From an uncultured Cytophagales bacterium (GTDB lineage Bacteria; Bacteroidota; Bacteroidia; Cytophagales; Bernardetiaceae): DNA of 64,000 nt. The translations under genes were made by a program, and so were the position numbers. The stretch is from contig CAVXHP010000006.1 of assembly GCA_963761725.1 (NCBI GenBank), positions 317,534-381,533 on the forward strand, in the 5' to 3' direction. Shown here one piece after another: positions 29,093 through 39,682 of this stretch. Position 1 is the stretch's first letter; the number at the start of each line of letters is the position of its first letter. The notes under the pieces were generated by a model. The model did not search any database. It worked only from the letters and a program-made list of their open reading frames with translations, and was not told the origin of the DNA.

Positions 29093-30982
29093 TTATACTT
29101 CCAAAAGCTGTAAACGAACCAAATTATTATATGTTCCCTCTTGGTTTACCAAACTCTCATGCGTTCCTTTTTCACTGATTTGTCCGTTTTCTATTACATA
29201 AATCGTATCTACTTTTCGGATAGTTGCCAAGCGATGAGCAATAATTATTGTCGTTCTATCCTTCATAAGCGTATCCAGAGCTTCTTGTACAAGATGTTCA
29301 GATTCTGCATCTAAAGAACTTGTCGCTTCATCTAAAATTAAGATTTTTGGATTTCTTAAAATAGCTCTTGCAATAGCAATTCTTTGACGCTGTCCACCCG
29401 AAAGTTTTACACCACGTTCGCCTACCAATGTTTCTAATCCTTCTGGAAAGGTTTCAATAAATTTTAATGCGTTGGCTTGTCTGGCTGCTTCGATGATTTC
29501 TTCTTCGCTTGCACTTGGTTTTCCGTAGGCTATATTTTCTCTGATTGTTCCTCCAAAAAGCAATATTTCTTGAGGTACAATTCCGATGGCAGAACGGTAA
29601 AAACTCAAATCATAATCTATATTATTTTTTCCATCAATTTCTATTGTTCCTGTCTGTGGATCATAAAAGCGTTCTAAAAGCTGAATAATGGTAGATTTTC
29701 CTGCTCCACTATGACCTACCAAAGCTATTTTTTCTCCTGCTGCTATATCAAAATTAATGCCTTTCAACACTTCCACATCAGTACGTGTAGGATACGAAAA
29801 ACGAACATCTTTAAAAGAAATATTTCCTTGAATTAAATCTTGTTTTGTAATAGATTTTTCTGAATTGTAAGTAGCTTCTGATTCAGAATTTTCTCCCAAA
29901 ATCTCTAACACTCGTTCTGATGCTCCAATTGCTTTTTGTATTTGTCCATAGATATTTCCCAATCCTCCAATCGAACCCGCAATAAACATAGAATAAATAA
30001 TAAATGAAATTAGGTCTCCAGAAGTAAGCGAACCTTCTGCTAAAAGCGTTGCTCCGTACCAAAAAACAGCCGTAATACTTCCAAAAATAGCAAAGACAAT
30101 AAAGGAGACAAAAGCTCCACGATAAGTAGCTGCTTTTAATGCCGTCGTAACTACTGCTTGTTGCGTGTCAGAATAGCGTTTTGATTCAAAAATTTCGTTT
30201 GTAAATGCTTTTACGGTCGCAATGGCTTGAATAGTTTCTTCTACAATAATATTAGAAAGAGCAAGTTGATCTTGAGTTTGTTTGGAAAGTTTACGAATAA
30301 ATTTACCAAAAATAATAGCTCCAATAATCAAGACAGGCATTACACCCAACATAAAAAAAGTGAGTTTTGGCGTTTTGAAAAACAGAATTCCCAAACCAAC
30401 AACTAGCGTAATTATCTGACGAAAAAACTCTGCTAAAGTAATCGAAAAGGTATCTTGAAGAAGAGCAACATCTGCTGTAATCCTACTCATAAGTTCTCCA
30501 GAGCGGTGTTTGTCATAGAAGCTCATCGATAAGGTCAGATATTTTTGATACAAGGCATTGCGAATATCAGCCATTGCATATTCACTCACTTGAGCAAATA
30601 AATACACCCTCAAAAATGAAAAAACAACCTGAATAAAAATTACAACCACTAAAGCAATCGTAATTTGATTAATGCTATCTAATAAAAAACTCTCATCGCC
30701 TGTTGCTACATCAATCAAATTTCCTGTAAGCTCTGGGAAAGCCAAAAGCACAACACTAGACAAGAAGAGACAAACCATTCCACCAATAAAATAACCTTTA
30801 TAAGGCATCATAAATTTATAAATCCCTAAAAGAAACTTGATACTTTCTTTATTGAGTTTTCGTTTTTTATGTTCGTCTTCTTTGTTTATTGCTTCTTGCT
30901 TTAAATCTGTGATAGGTTCAGCAGTTTTGTGCTGTCCGTTTGTGGATATATCTTTTTTGAATTCTTCGTTCGTATTTTTCAT
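29093..30982 (-). CDS. ABC transporter, fused permease/ATP-binding (MsbA-like exporter)
   Basis: Walker A GHSGAGKST, signature LSGGQRQRIAIARA, Walker B ILILDEATSSLD. N-terminal 6-TM domain. Confidence 0.85.
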   Translation of the reverse strand: MKNTNEEFKKDISTNGQHKTAEPITDLKQEAINKEDEHKKRKLNKESIKFLLGIYKFMMPYKGYFIGGMVCLFLSSVVLLAFPELTGNLIDVATGDESFLLDSINQITIALVVVIFIQVVFSFLRVYLFAQVSEYAMADIRNALYQKYLTLSMSFYDKHRSGELMSRITADVALLQDTFSITLAEFFRQIITLVVGLGILFFKTPKLTFFMLGVMPVLIIGAIIFGKFIRKLSKQTQDQLALSNIIVEETIQAIATVKAFTNEIFESKRYSDTQQAVVTTALKAATYRGAFVSFIVFAIFGSITAVFWYGATLLAEGSLTSGDLISFIIYSMFIAGSIGGLGNIYGQIQKAIGASERVLEILGENSESEATYNSEKSITKQDLIQGNISFKDVRFSYPTRTDVEVLKGINFDIAAGEKIALVGHSGAGKSTIIQLLERFYDPQTGTIEIDGKNNIDYDLSFYRSAIGIVPQEILLFGGTIRENIAYGKPSASEEEIIEAARQANALKFIETFPEGLETLVGERGVKLSGGQRQRIAIARAILRNPKILILDEATSSLDAESEHLVQEALDTLMKDRTTIIIAHRLATIRKVDTIYVIENGQISEKGTHESLVNQEGTYNNLVRLQLLEV

Positions 30983-31159
30983 AATTTGTTTTGAAACAAT
31001 AGTACGTTTGTTTTTCGAAACGCAAAGATACAGTTTTTGTTAGATAAGTGCCAATTAGATTTTATGTAGAAAATTTGAAGCAAAAAAAACTATTCTCAAT
31101 TATTATATTTCAAATAATCAAGAATAGTTTTTTACTTATTCAGGAAGGGAATTTAAAGC

Positions 31160-32392
31160 TTATTGTAATTTTTTACCTAATTCAAATGCTTTTACATACG
31201 CTTCTTCTAAGTTAGCGTCGCTCATGTTAGTAAAGACGAGTACTCCAATTTTGGTAACAGGGTCAAAAGCCATTTCTGTACTTGTTCCTTGTTCGCCTCC
31301 ATTGTGTCCCCAAAGACCTAAACTTTCATTTTGAAGGAACATGTGTAATCCCATTGCTCCGTCAAGATTTGGCACTTGTTTTTTGAGCATTTCTGTAACT
31401 GTTGTAGCTTTCAGAAGTTGATAGCCATTGTATGTTCCTCCGTTTGCAATAGCAGCAGCAAATTTTGCCATTTCTCTAGGTGTTGTACGCAATCCACCAT
31501 TTGGATAATCTGGGAAGGTATAATGATCCACTTTTGAGAAGTTACCACCTTCTAATTCATACGGTTGAACAATCGTTCCTGTAATTCCACTTAATTTCCA
31601 ACTTGTAGCAGTCATTCCTAGAGGAGTAAAAATATTCTCTCTCGTATAATCCGTAAAACTTTTACCCGAAATTTCTGCTACCAAAACTCCAATAAGAGCC
31701 GAACCTGCATTTGAATAATTAAACTGTGTTCCCGGTGCTGCATCTGCAAAATTAGCATCTGCATCATAACGAGAACCACCTACTTTGAGGTAACTTTCCA
31801 TAAATGGTTTTAATTCAAGAGGAGTATCTCCACCAAATGTATAATTGCCATACAAATTTTCTCCGTCCTTAATAGAAGATGTATGAGTCAGTATCATACG
31901 GAAAGTAATTGGAATACTAGAGTTAGGATTAACAACAGGGAAAGAAAGATAATCATTGATTGGGTCATCTAAATCAAATTTGCCTTCATCATACAAACGA
32001 AGCAATGCAACACCTGTAACCGTTTTTGAAATAGAAGCAATCAAGAATAAATGGTCATTTGCTAAAGCTAAATTTTGTTCAACATTAGATTTTCCATAAT
32101 AACCTTCGTGCAAGATTTGGTCGCCTTTGAAAATAATTGCACCAACGGCAGGAAGTTTTTGAGAAGACATTTGAGCAGCTATAAAGTCATCAAATGCTTT
32201 TTTGTCTTGACTGGCTTGGTCTGTTCCACCACCAGTGCCTCCACCTGTGCCTCCTCCTCCTGTGTCAGGATCAGGATCAGTAACATCTACATCAGGTTCT
32301 GGCTCGCTATCTCCTCCACAACTTGAAAGAGAGATTGAAAAAGTGAGTAATAAGCTCAATAAGAATAACAAAGAGAATTTTGAAATATTCAT
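31160..32392 (-). CDS. beta-lactamase-family serine hydrolase lipoprotein
   Basis: SxxK motif ASISKTVTG. Lipoprotein signal LSSCGG. Gly/Thr-rich linker GGGGTGGGTGGGT. Confidence 0.8.
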   Translation of the reverse strand: MNISKFSLLFLLSLLLTFSISLSSCGGDSEPEPDVDVTDPDPDTGGGGTGGGTGGGTDQASQDKKAFDDFIAAQMSSQKLPAVGAIIFKGDQILHEGYYGKSNVEQNLALANDHLFLIASISKTVTGVALLRLYDEGKFDLDDPINDYLSFPVVNPNSSIPITFRMILTHTSSIKDGENLYGNYTFGGDTPLELKPFMESYLKVGGSRYDADANFADAAPGTQFNYSNAGSALIGVLVAEISGKSFTDYTRENIFTPLGMTATSWKLSGITGTIVQPYELEGGNFSKVDHYTFPDYPNGGLRTTPREMAKFAAAIANGGTYNGYQLLKATTVTEMLKKQVPNLDGAMGLHMFLQNESLGLWGHNGGEQGTSTEMAFDPVTKIGVLVFTNMSDANLEEAYVKAFELGKKLQ

Positions 32393-32630
32393 AATAAATA
32401 GTTTTAAATTAAATAAAGTTAGCGTTTAAATAAAACCTTATATGTCTTTTCAGAATGACTAATACATTTTTAATCGGTATAAAAACTAATAAAAAACAAA
32501 GACTAGATAAGGTTACAGTTGTATAAATTGTGAAAAATAATTTTCTTTTTAGAGGGATAAATGTCAAGTAGTCCTCAATAAACTTACTAGCCTATAGTTT
32601 ACACTAAATAAATTCATTGAGATAACTATT

Positions 32631-33809
32631 TTATTGGACTTTTTTACCTAGCTCAAATCCTTTTATATAAATTTCCTGTGTTTCAATATCTTCAACATTT
32701 GTAAAGACAATAATTCCAATTTTAGTAACTGGGTCAAAGACAGCATCTGTACTTGTTCCTTCTTCTCCTCCATTATGCCCCCAAAGTCCTAGAGATTCTT
32801 CTTCTAAAGACATGTGAAACCCCATAGTTGGGTCAAGAGGAGTTTGTGGAGTGTACATCATTTTTGCCGTTGCTGGTTTCAAAACTTGATAACCATTATA
32901 CGAGCCATCATTCATAATGGCATTCAAGAAATTAGAAAATTCTCTAGGAGTTGTGCGTAATCCTCCATTTGGATAATCAGGCATTGTATAATGTTCTATT
33001 TTCACAAAATTACCGTCTTCTACTTTATAAGGCTGTACAATCGTTCCCGTAATTTCGTCTAATCTCCAACTTGTTTTGTTCATTCCTAAAGGAGAAAATA
33101 TAGTTTGTCTTGTATAAGCTACAAAACTTTGATTAGAAATTTGTTCTACCAAAACACCGATAAGAGCAGAACCTGCATTAGAATACTCAAATTTTGTCCC
33201 TGCTGCTTGTTCTAAAAAATTATTTGAATTATAAAGAGAACCTCCTACGGCAAGATAACTTTCCATAAAATCTTTCAACTGAATAGGTGTATCTGACCCA
33301 AAATTATAAACAAACAACTCATCTGTATCTGCAATAGAAGAAGTATGAGTGAGCAACATTCTGAAAGTAATCGGTGTAGTATGATTCGGAACATTAACTC
33401 TAAAAGGTAGATAATCATTGATTGGGTCATCTAATCCAAACTTTCCTTCATCATATAGACGAAGAAGAGCAGCTCCTGTAACAGTTTTGGAAACCGAAGC
33501 AACCAAAAATAAATGGTCTTTGGTTAGGTTGATATCTTGTTCTAAACTCGCCTTTCCATAGTATTTTTCATGAAGAATTTGATTACCCTTAAAAACCAAA
33601 ACACCCATTGCAGGTGTGCCTTGTGATTTCATTTCAGAAACTACATAAGCATCAAAGGCATTTTTGTCCGTTGCATTTGGATCACTTGGGTCGTTTGGCT
33701 CAACAACTACATTATTTTCAGGAACTGGATCTTCTCCCCCACAACTGGAAAGTGAAAATGTAAACAGTAAGGCTAAAAGAAATAGCACAGGAAATTTAAT
33801 GATTTTCAT
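32631..33809 (-). CDS. beta-lactamase-family serine hydrolase lipoprotein (tandem paralogue)
   Basis: ASVSKTVTG SxxK motif. Collinear similarity to the 31160..32392 product throughout. Confidence 0.8.
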   Translation of the reverse strand: MKIIKFPVLFLLALLFTFSLSSCGGEDPVPENNVVVEPNDPSDPNATDKNAFDAYVVSEMKSQGTPAMGVLVFKGNQILHEKYYGKASLEQDINLTKDHLFLVASVSKTVTGAALLRLYDEGKFGLDDPINDYLPFRVNVPNHTTPITFRMLLTHTSSIADTDELFVYNFGSDTPIQLKDFMESYLAVGGSLYNSNNFLEQAAGTKFEYSNAGSALIGVLVEQISNQSFVAYTRQTIFSPLGMNKTSWRLDEITGTIVQPYKVEDGNFVKIEHYTMPDYPNGGLRTTPREFSNFLNAIMNDGSYNGYQVLKPATAKMMYTPQTPLDPTMGFHMSLEEESLGLWGHNGGEEGTSTDAVFDPVTKIGIIVFTNVEDIETQEIYIKGFELGKKVQ

Positions 33810-33994
33810 ACGACATTTTGATTTGATAATAAATAAAATAAAGTGAGCATTTTTTACGATGTCTTATTCTTAAGACATCGGTAATTAGCATTATAATCTA
33901 CTTTTATCAAAAAAAAGCATATAGACAAAGTATAGACAAGTCATAAAAAGTCTATTTATTTTGTCTAAAATCCCCATAAAAGACTATTTTTTAT

Positions 33995-34729
33995 TTATTT
34001 TATTTTATTTTTCGGTTCGATAGTAATTTCAGAACCTTCAGCAAGCATTACAGAATTTGGTTTTTGATTATCTAAAAAAAAAAACTCTTTTCCATAAATC
34101 TCCCCAAAATCAGCGTTTATTTTATAGTCTAAGACATCATATTTTTTCCATTTTGGATGGGTTACTTCGTATTCATTTGTTTTTTTATCGTTCTGTTTTG
34201 CGTAGCCCCAATAGTGTTCGGTTATAAATTCTGTTTCGCTTCCCTCTTCTATTTCACTTTGATTTTTGGCAGTTTTGAGATAGATAGAATTAATTTTCGT
34301 TTTAGCGTTTTTTTGCCATCTATATTCTACTTCTCTATTATCTTCATTTTCTATCCACGTATGGCTCATTTTCATTGTTTCGTAATTCTCTCCATAAACT
34401 GTATTTGCCACAAAAGTAATAGCAGGTTTGGGAACAATTTCTTTTATGAAAACAACACCTCTTTTATAATTATCATTTTCTCTGTCTTCTTCTGTATCGT
34501 ATCTTTTGACATAAAAACGCAAATTGACTTCCTCAAAATTGACGTGAAACGGAATTTTGATGCCTAATAATTTGACTTCCTGAAACATAAAACCGATTAG
34601 ACTTACGTAACATTTTCCTTCCCACAAATCTAGTTCTGTTCCGAAGGGAAGATAAGGTAAAAGTAATTTTGGATTTATTTCGTAATTTGCAAAGGCTAAT
34701 TTTCGCCATTCGGCTTTTAGAAAACTCAT
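33995..34729 (-). CDS. hypothetical protein (DUF2071/YqjF-like, tentative)
   Basis: 244 aa. Family assignment is from memory of a similar N-terminal pattern only. Confidence 0.35.
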   Translation of the reverse strand: MSFLKAEWRKLAFANYEINPKLLLPYLPFGTELDLWEGKCYVSLIGFMFQEVKLLGIKIPFHVNFEEVNLRFYVKRYDTEEDRENDNYKRGVVFIKEIVPKPAITFVANTVYGENYETMKMSHTWIENEDNREVEYRWQKNAKTKINSIYLKTAKNQSEIEEGSETEFITEHYWGYAKQNDKKTNEYEVTHPKWKKYDVLDYKINADFGEIYGKEFFFLDNQKPNSVMLAEGSEITIEPKNKIK

Positions 34730-34830
34730 ATTTTTTTGCTTAAAATAATTGAACTATATTCTGCTCATTTAAAAATACCTCTTAAAACCAATACGAGTGT
34801 CATTGGTAAAAATTAAAAAAGGTATTTATT

Positions 34831-35000
34831 AGCTACAGCGTAGCTTTACCTTGGTAGAACAAGAATAGAAATTGATTTAAAAAGCTACAGCGTAGCGTAA
34901 CTTTATTTTTAATTGCCAATTGCAAGGTTTCGCTACGCTGTAGCTCTGTTAAAGTACGTTTTTGATGTTCTACCAAGGTTACGTTGCTCTGCAACTAAAA
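34831..35000. repeat. ~170 bp MITE-like element, second copy (TIRs agctacagcgtagctttaccttggtagaac / gttctaccaaggttacgttgctctgcaact)
   Basis: Shares agctacagcgtagcg(t/c)aac, ttcgc.acgctgt.gctct and aaggttacgttgc.ctgcaact blocks with 14746-14934. Confidence 0.6.
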
Positions 35001-35266
35001 GTCAATACTTAAAAATGACACTCATATTGAAAACAAATATAGTTGATAAAACTGATAATTTCTTTTCAGTTCTTAAAAATTCAAAACTTATCTTTTTACA
35101 ATTAAAAAACAAGAAATCAAATCTAACTTTTCACGTACCTTTAGCGTTAAGACCAAATAATTATAACTACAATCATTACTTGTATAACAGACTTCCCAGT
35201 CTGTTGGAAAGATATAGTACTAAAGCAGACTAATAAAGTCTGTTTACAGATTAGAAAATAAACAAA

Positions 35267-37055
35267 ATGAAAGAACTTTTTGCTCTAAATAAATATTTTT
35301 ACCGTTACAAATGGCATCTTTTAGGTGGTATTTTTTTTGTGCTTTTGTCATGTGTTTTTGCTATTATTCCAGCTCAAATAGTGCGTTATGCTTTTGACTT
35401 AATAGCCAATACTATCAGAATGAATGACCTTTTCGAAAGGGACAGCAGGACAAGAGCAGGTAATGGTTACCTTTAGAAATGTAGTTTTGTTATATGGTGG
35501 AATTATTTTATTGATGGCTCTTATTCGTGGTGTGTTTTTGTTTTTGCAACGCCAGACGATTATTGTTATGTCAAGACTTATCGAATACGATTTGAAAAAC
35601 GATATTTACGTTCATTATCAAAAGTTACCTTTGTCTTTTTATAGACAAAATAATACAGGAGATTTGATGAACCGTATTTCGGAAGACGTTTCACAGGTCA
35701 GAATGTATCTCGGTCCTGCTATTATGTACTCTATTAATATGGTTGGAACGGCTGTTTTGGTAATTTCTTATATGCTGACAATCAATGCTCGTCTTACTCT
35801 TTTTGCTCTTTTGCCTCTGCCTATTCTTTCTATCAGTATTTATTATGTCAATAATTTGATAAATAAACGCTCTATTCTGATTCAACAAAGCCTTTCCAAA
35901 TTGACCACTTTTGTACAAGAAGCCTTTTCAGGAATTCGTGTAATGAAAGCCTATATTAGAGAAAATGATTTTTCAAAGGAATTTGAAGGTGAAACGAAAG
36001 ATTATTTTAATAAATCGCTTAGTTTGGTGCGTGTAGATTCACTTTTTATGCCTTTAATTGTTGGTCTAATTGGTATTAGTACTATTCTGACGGTTTATAT
36101 TGGAGGAATTGAGGTAATGAGAGGAACAATCACGACTGGAAATATTGCCGAATTTATAATCTATGTAAACCTTCTGACTTGGCCTGTTGCTTCTTTAGGT
36201 TGGGTTACGAGCCTTATACAACGTGCTTCGGCTTCACAAGAACGTATTAATGAATTTTTGAATACGAAAAGTGAAATTATATCCCTAGAAAACAAAACGA
36301 CTCCAATCAATGGTAAAGTAAAATTTGATAATGTAACCTTTGTCTATCCAGATTCAGGAATTAAGGCATTGGATAATGTCAGTTTTGAGATTCGGGAGGG
36401 TCAAACGCTTGCTATTTTGGGAACCACAGGTTCTGGAAAAAGTACGATAGCAAACCTAATCTGTAGAATGTATGATGTAACGGAAGGAACAATTTGGATA
36501 GACAAAACAGCTATTCAAGATTATGAGCTTACTTATTTGCGTTCGAATGTAGGTTATGTTCCACAGGAAGTATTTCTGTTTTCTGATTCTATTCGAAATA
36601 ATATTGCCTTTGGATTCAATGAAAATGATTTTGAGGAAAGTCAGATTGAAGAAGCGGCAAGAGATGCAGATTTGTTGGAGAATATCGAACGATTTCCAAA
36701 AGGATTCGAAACCATGTTAGGAGAACGTGGAATTACACTTTCAGGAGGTCAAAAACAGCGTGTAAGTATTGCTAGAGCAATTATTCGCAATCCAAAAATA
36801 TTGATTTTAGATGATAGTCTTTCAGCCGTTGATACAAAAACAGAAAATGCGATTCTTCAAAGTATGAAACGTATCATGAAAAATCGCACTTCCATTATTA
36901 TTTCTCACCGTGTTTCTTCTGCCAAACTTGCCGATTATATTATCTTCTTAGACGAAGGAAAAATAGTAGAACAAGGAACGAACAAAGAGCTTTTAGAACG
37001 AAATGGTCTTTATTCACAACTCTATGAAAAGCAATTGCATGAAGAAGTTTCTTAA
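35267..37055 (+). CDS. ABC transporter, fused permease/ATP-binding (MsbA-like); frame interrupted near 35437-35442
   Basis: The N-terminus (35267..35476) and the body (35424..37055) are in different frames. Removing one base in gaaaggg gives ...RMNDLFEGTAGQEQVMVTFRNVVLLYGG... Has Walker A GTTGSGKST, LSGGQKQRVSIARA and ILILDDSLSAVD. Confidence 0.8.
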
Positions 37056-37056
37056 A

Positions 37057-37163
37057 TCAATTACAAATTATTAATTACGAATTACGAATTGATGAAACAG
37101 TAAACTTAGGTTATTCTTTATAAAACTGTATTTCTCGTAATTCGTAATTAATAATTCGTAATT
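37057..37163. repeat. inverted 'aattacgaatt / aattcgtaatt' repeat pair filling the convergent intergenic gap
   Basis: caattacaaattattaattacgaattacgaattg ... ctcgtaattcgtaattaataattcgtaattg. Probable bidirectional terminator structure. Confidence 0.6.
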
Positions 37164-37166
37164 GAA

Positions 37167-37583
37167 TTAAGCTACTTTTATCCATTCTTCGGCATCTTTT
37201 ACAGTACTAAAATATTCAATTTTGACGATACCTTGAAAGTGCAAACGCGTCAGGGCAGAAAGCTGTGCAGCAGGAAAACGCTTAAAAAAATCACGTTCTT
37301 GTATGATTGCCATAGATTGATAACCAGCTTCTACAGCACGTTTCAACCAATCTTTCATTGCCCATTCTTGGTCTTTTGGTGCAAGTCCTTTTTTTATCTT
37401 ACGGTCATCATTTATAATTTTGGAAACCTGACGCTCTTCCATCCAAACTATTGTATCATTGAGAGCTTTTCGGTAGCTTTCACTTTCCATATCGCCACGC
37501 CATTTTATCATTATACAAGGCACTTCTGGATTTAATTTTATAGAATATTTTGGTGTTTCGGCTAAAACTTCGAATTCAGTCAT
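37167..37583 (-). CDS. hypothetical protein
   Basis: 138-aa ORF with no recognisable motif. Confidence 0.4.
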   Translation of the reverse strand: MTEFEVLAETPKYSIKLNPEVPCIMIKWRGDMESESYRKALNDTIVWMEERQVSKIINDDRKIKKGLAPKDQEWAMKDWLKRAVEAGYQSMAIIQERDFFKRFPAAQLSALTRLHFQGIVKIEYFSTVKDAEEWIKVA

Positions 37584-37658
37584 TATTTTATGTATGTTTT
37601 ATGCTAGTAAATTTCTTTTCAAGATTTTAAAATTAAAAAGCAAAATTACACAATTTTA

Positions 37659-38096
37659 TTAAATCATAGCTACACATTTTAGCTCAATAGCAATCGGAGT
37701 AGGCAAAGCACTAATTCCTAGAGTAGTTCTGCAAGGTTGATTGTCTTTAAAATACTCTGCATACACTTTATTATACGCCTTAAAATCATCTTCCATATTA
37801 GTCAGAAAAACGGTTACATCAACTAGCTTATCCCAACTGCTTCCACTTGCCTCCAAAATCGCTTTTACATTCTTAAAAACAGTATGACATTGCTTTTCTA
37901 TATCATAGGAAACTAATTTTCCATTTTCATCATAAACATTTCCATGTATTTCGTTCGTTTTGGCATCTCTAGCACCTACGCCAGAAAGAAATAATAAATC
38001 GCCTACTTTACGTGCATGAGGATACAAACCAACAGGTTTTGGTGCGTTATTAGTTTCAAATTTTTGATTGGACATACTAATTATATTTGTAGGCAA
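37659..38096 (-). CDS. RidA/YjgF-family reactive-intermediate deaminase
   Basis: ...CRTTLGISALPTPIAIELKCVA C-terminal signature. Length 145 aa. Confidence 0.75.
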   Translation of the reverse strand: MPTNIISMSNQKFETNNAPKPVGLYPHARKVGDLLFLSGVGARDAKTNEIHGNVYDENGKLVSYDIEKQCHTVFKNVKAILEASGSSWDKLVDVTVFLTNMEDDFKAYNKVYAEYFKDNQPCRTTLGISALPTPIAIELKCVAMI

Positions 38097-38322
38097 AAGG
38101 CTTACTTTTTCCTAGTAAAATTAAAATTAAAAAAAACATACATTTTTGGAATGACTGCATTGAAGGGAAAGGCAAGCCATTTCCCTACTTAAAATCGTTT
38201 CATTCACACAAAAATCATTAATTTTGATTTGCTTTTCAGAATATTGAATAATTCTTTACACAAACCTTCGTTTCATAAAGATAAAACTAAAAAAATAAAA
38301 TCAATTCTAAGCGATAAATCAA

Positions 38323-39321
38323 ATGATGCAAAAAATAAAACTTTCTTTCTCTATCTTTTTACTATTTTTTCTACTTACTTCTTGTCTAAGTCAAAAAGAA
38401 ACTCTTCCAGATATTTCAGAATTGAAAGTAAATGTAGAAATGGAAAGGGTAGATAGAAAAATATTTGATGGACAAAGCAAAGAAGAAATTTTGACTTATC
38501 TAAAAGAAAATCCAGATTTATTATTGAAAGGTTTTCGTGTAAATGATGTGCGTATTTTGGAAGAACTTGTAAAGCGTGCTAATGACCCTTTTATAGATAC
38601 AGTTCAAAATCAAGTAGATGAATTGTATGATTTTGAGCAGTTGAGAGAGCAATTAAATGACCTTTTTAGTTATACAAAATTCTATTACCCAGATTTTTAT
38701 GTACCAAAAGTTTATACAATTGTAGCAGGTTATGAAATGGATGTAGTGCCGAGCGATAGTATGTTTTTGGTGGGATTAGATTATTTTTTGGGTCAGCAGT
38801 CGTATTACCGTCCTCCGATTGAGGCTATTCCGAATTATCTTTGGGAGCGTTATCATCCAGAAGCTATCCAAACGCATATTGCTAGAGAACTTTCGGGAAG
38901 ATATAATTTGAGTAATCCATCGGATAATAGTATGATAAACGAAATGATTTGGTGGGGAAAGACCTATTATTTTATTGAAAAAGTAGTTCCAAAAGCTGCC
39001 GATTCGTTAGTAATTGGTTATTCAAATCAAGAAATACAAGACTGCGAAACCTATCAAACAGACGTTTGGGGACACTTTGTCAAGCAAGAATTGTTTTATG
39101 CCACTTCGCAAATAGAAAAACGAAAATACTTAGAAGCTCGTCCTCATACTTTTGAAATTGGTCAAGAATGTCCTGGAAGGATTGCTCAATGGCTCGGGTG
39201 GCAAATTGTGAGAACGTACATGAAACAAAACCCTGATGTTACTCTACCAGAGCTTATGAAAATGAAAAATCATAAAGAGATTTTTGAGAAATCTAAATAC
39301 AGACCGAAAAAAGAAGACTAA
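38323..39321 (+). CDS. lipoprotein, possibly gliding-motility GldB-like
   Basis: Lipoprotein signal FLLTSC. At ~330 aa it is the size of GldB. Family assignment not verifiable without alignment. Confidence 0.3.
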   Translation: MMQKIKLSFSIFLLFFLLTSCLSQKETLPDISELKVNVEMERVDRKIFDGQSKEEILTYLKENPDLLLKGFRVNDVRILEELVKRANDPFIDTVQNQVDELYDFEQLREQLNDLFSYTKFYYPDFYVPKVYTIVAGYEMDVVPSDSMFLVGLDYFLGQQSYYRPPIEAIPNYLWERYHPEAIQTHIARELSGRYNLSNPSDNSMINEMIWWGKTYYFIEKVVPKAADSLVIGYSNQEIQDCETYQTDVWGHFVKQELFYATSQIEKRKYLEARPHTFEIGQECPGRIAQWLGWQIVRTYMKQNPDVTLPELMKMKNHKEIFEKSKYRPKKED

Positions 39322-39334
39322 TAGTATAAATTTT

Positions 39335-39682
39335 TCAATTTATTTGCGATAAAATAAGCTCAAACTGCTTTTTGAGGGTAGGAATTTCTTTTCGTGCAGT
39401 TACCCAAACGAGTTCGAAATTAATTCCCAAATACTCATGAACCAAAACTGTATGTAACCTTTCCATGGCTTCCCAATGCAATTGTGGATAATTATCTTTT
39501 AGGTCGTCAGAAATTTTTTCTACAATTAATCCAATAATTTCTAATTGCTTTACAGTTGCGATACGCATCATTGAATTATTCAAAAAATCTTCATGAGAAG
39601 CCTTTTTGACGTAACTTTCAATCTCATACATAGACTCCAATACGCTTTGTATGCGTGCAAAGTCGGTTTTGCTTTGACTCAT
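39335..39682 (-). CDS. DUF86/HepT-like (HEPN) protein, no adjacent MNT partner
   Basis: 115 aa. ...MERLHTVLVHEY resembles the Rx4HxY HEPN motif of HepT toxins. Confidence 0.4.
   Translation of the reverse strand: MSQSKTDFARIQSVLESMYEIESYVKKASHEDFLNNSMMRIATVKQLEIIGLIVEKISDDLKDNYPQLHWEAMERLHTVLVHEYLGINFELVWVTARKEIPTLKKQFELILSQIN

Noticed and set aside
11085-37163. Regularly recurring cgtaatt repeats as a possible CRISPR array.
   Set aside because: Units are only 7-11 bp with irregular 0-10 bp spacing. They are scattered over many loci with no cas genes. They are tandem or inverted micro-repeats, not repeat-spacer arrays.
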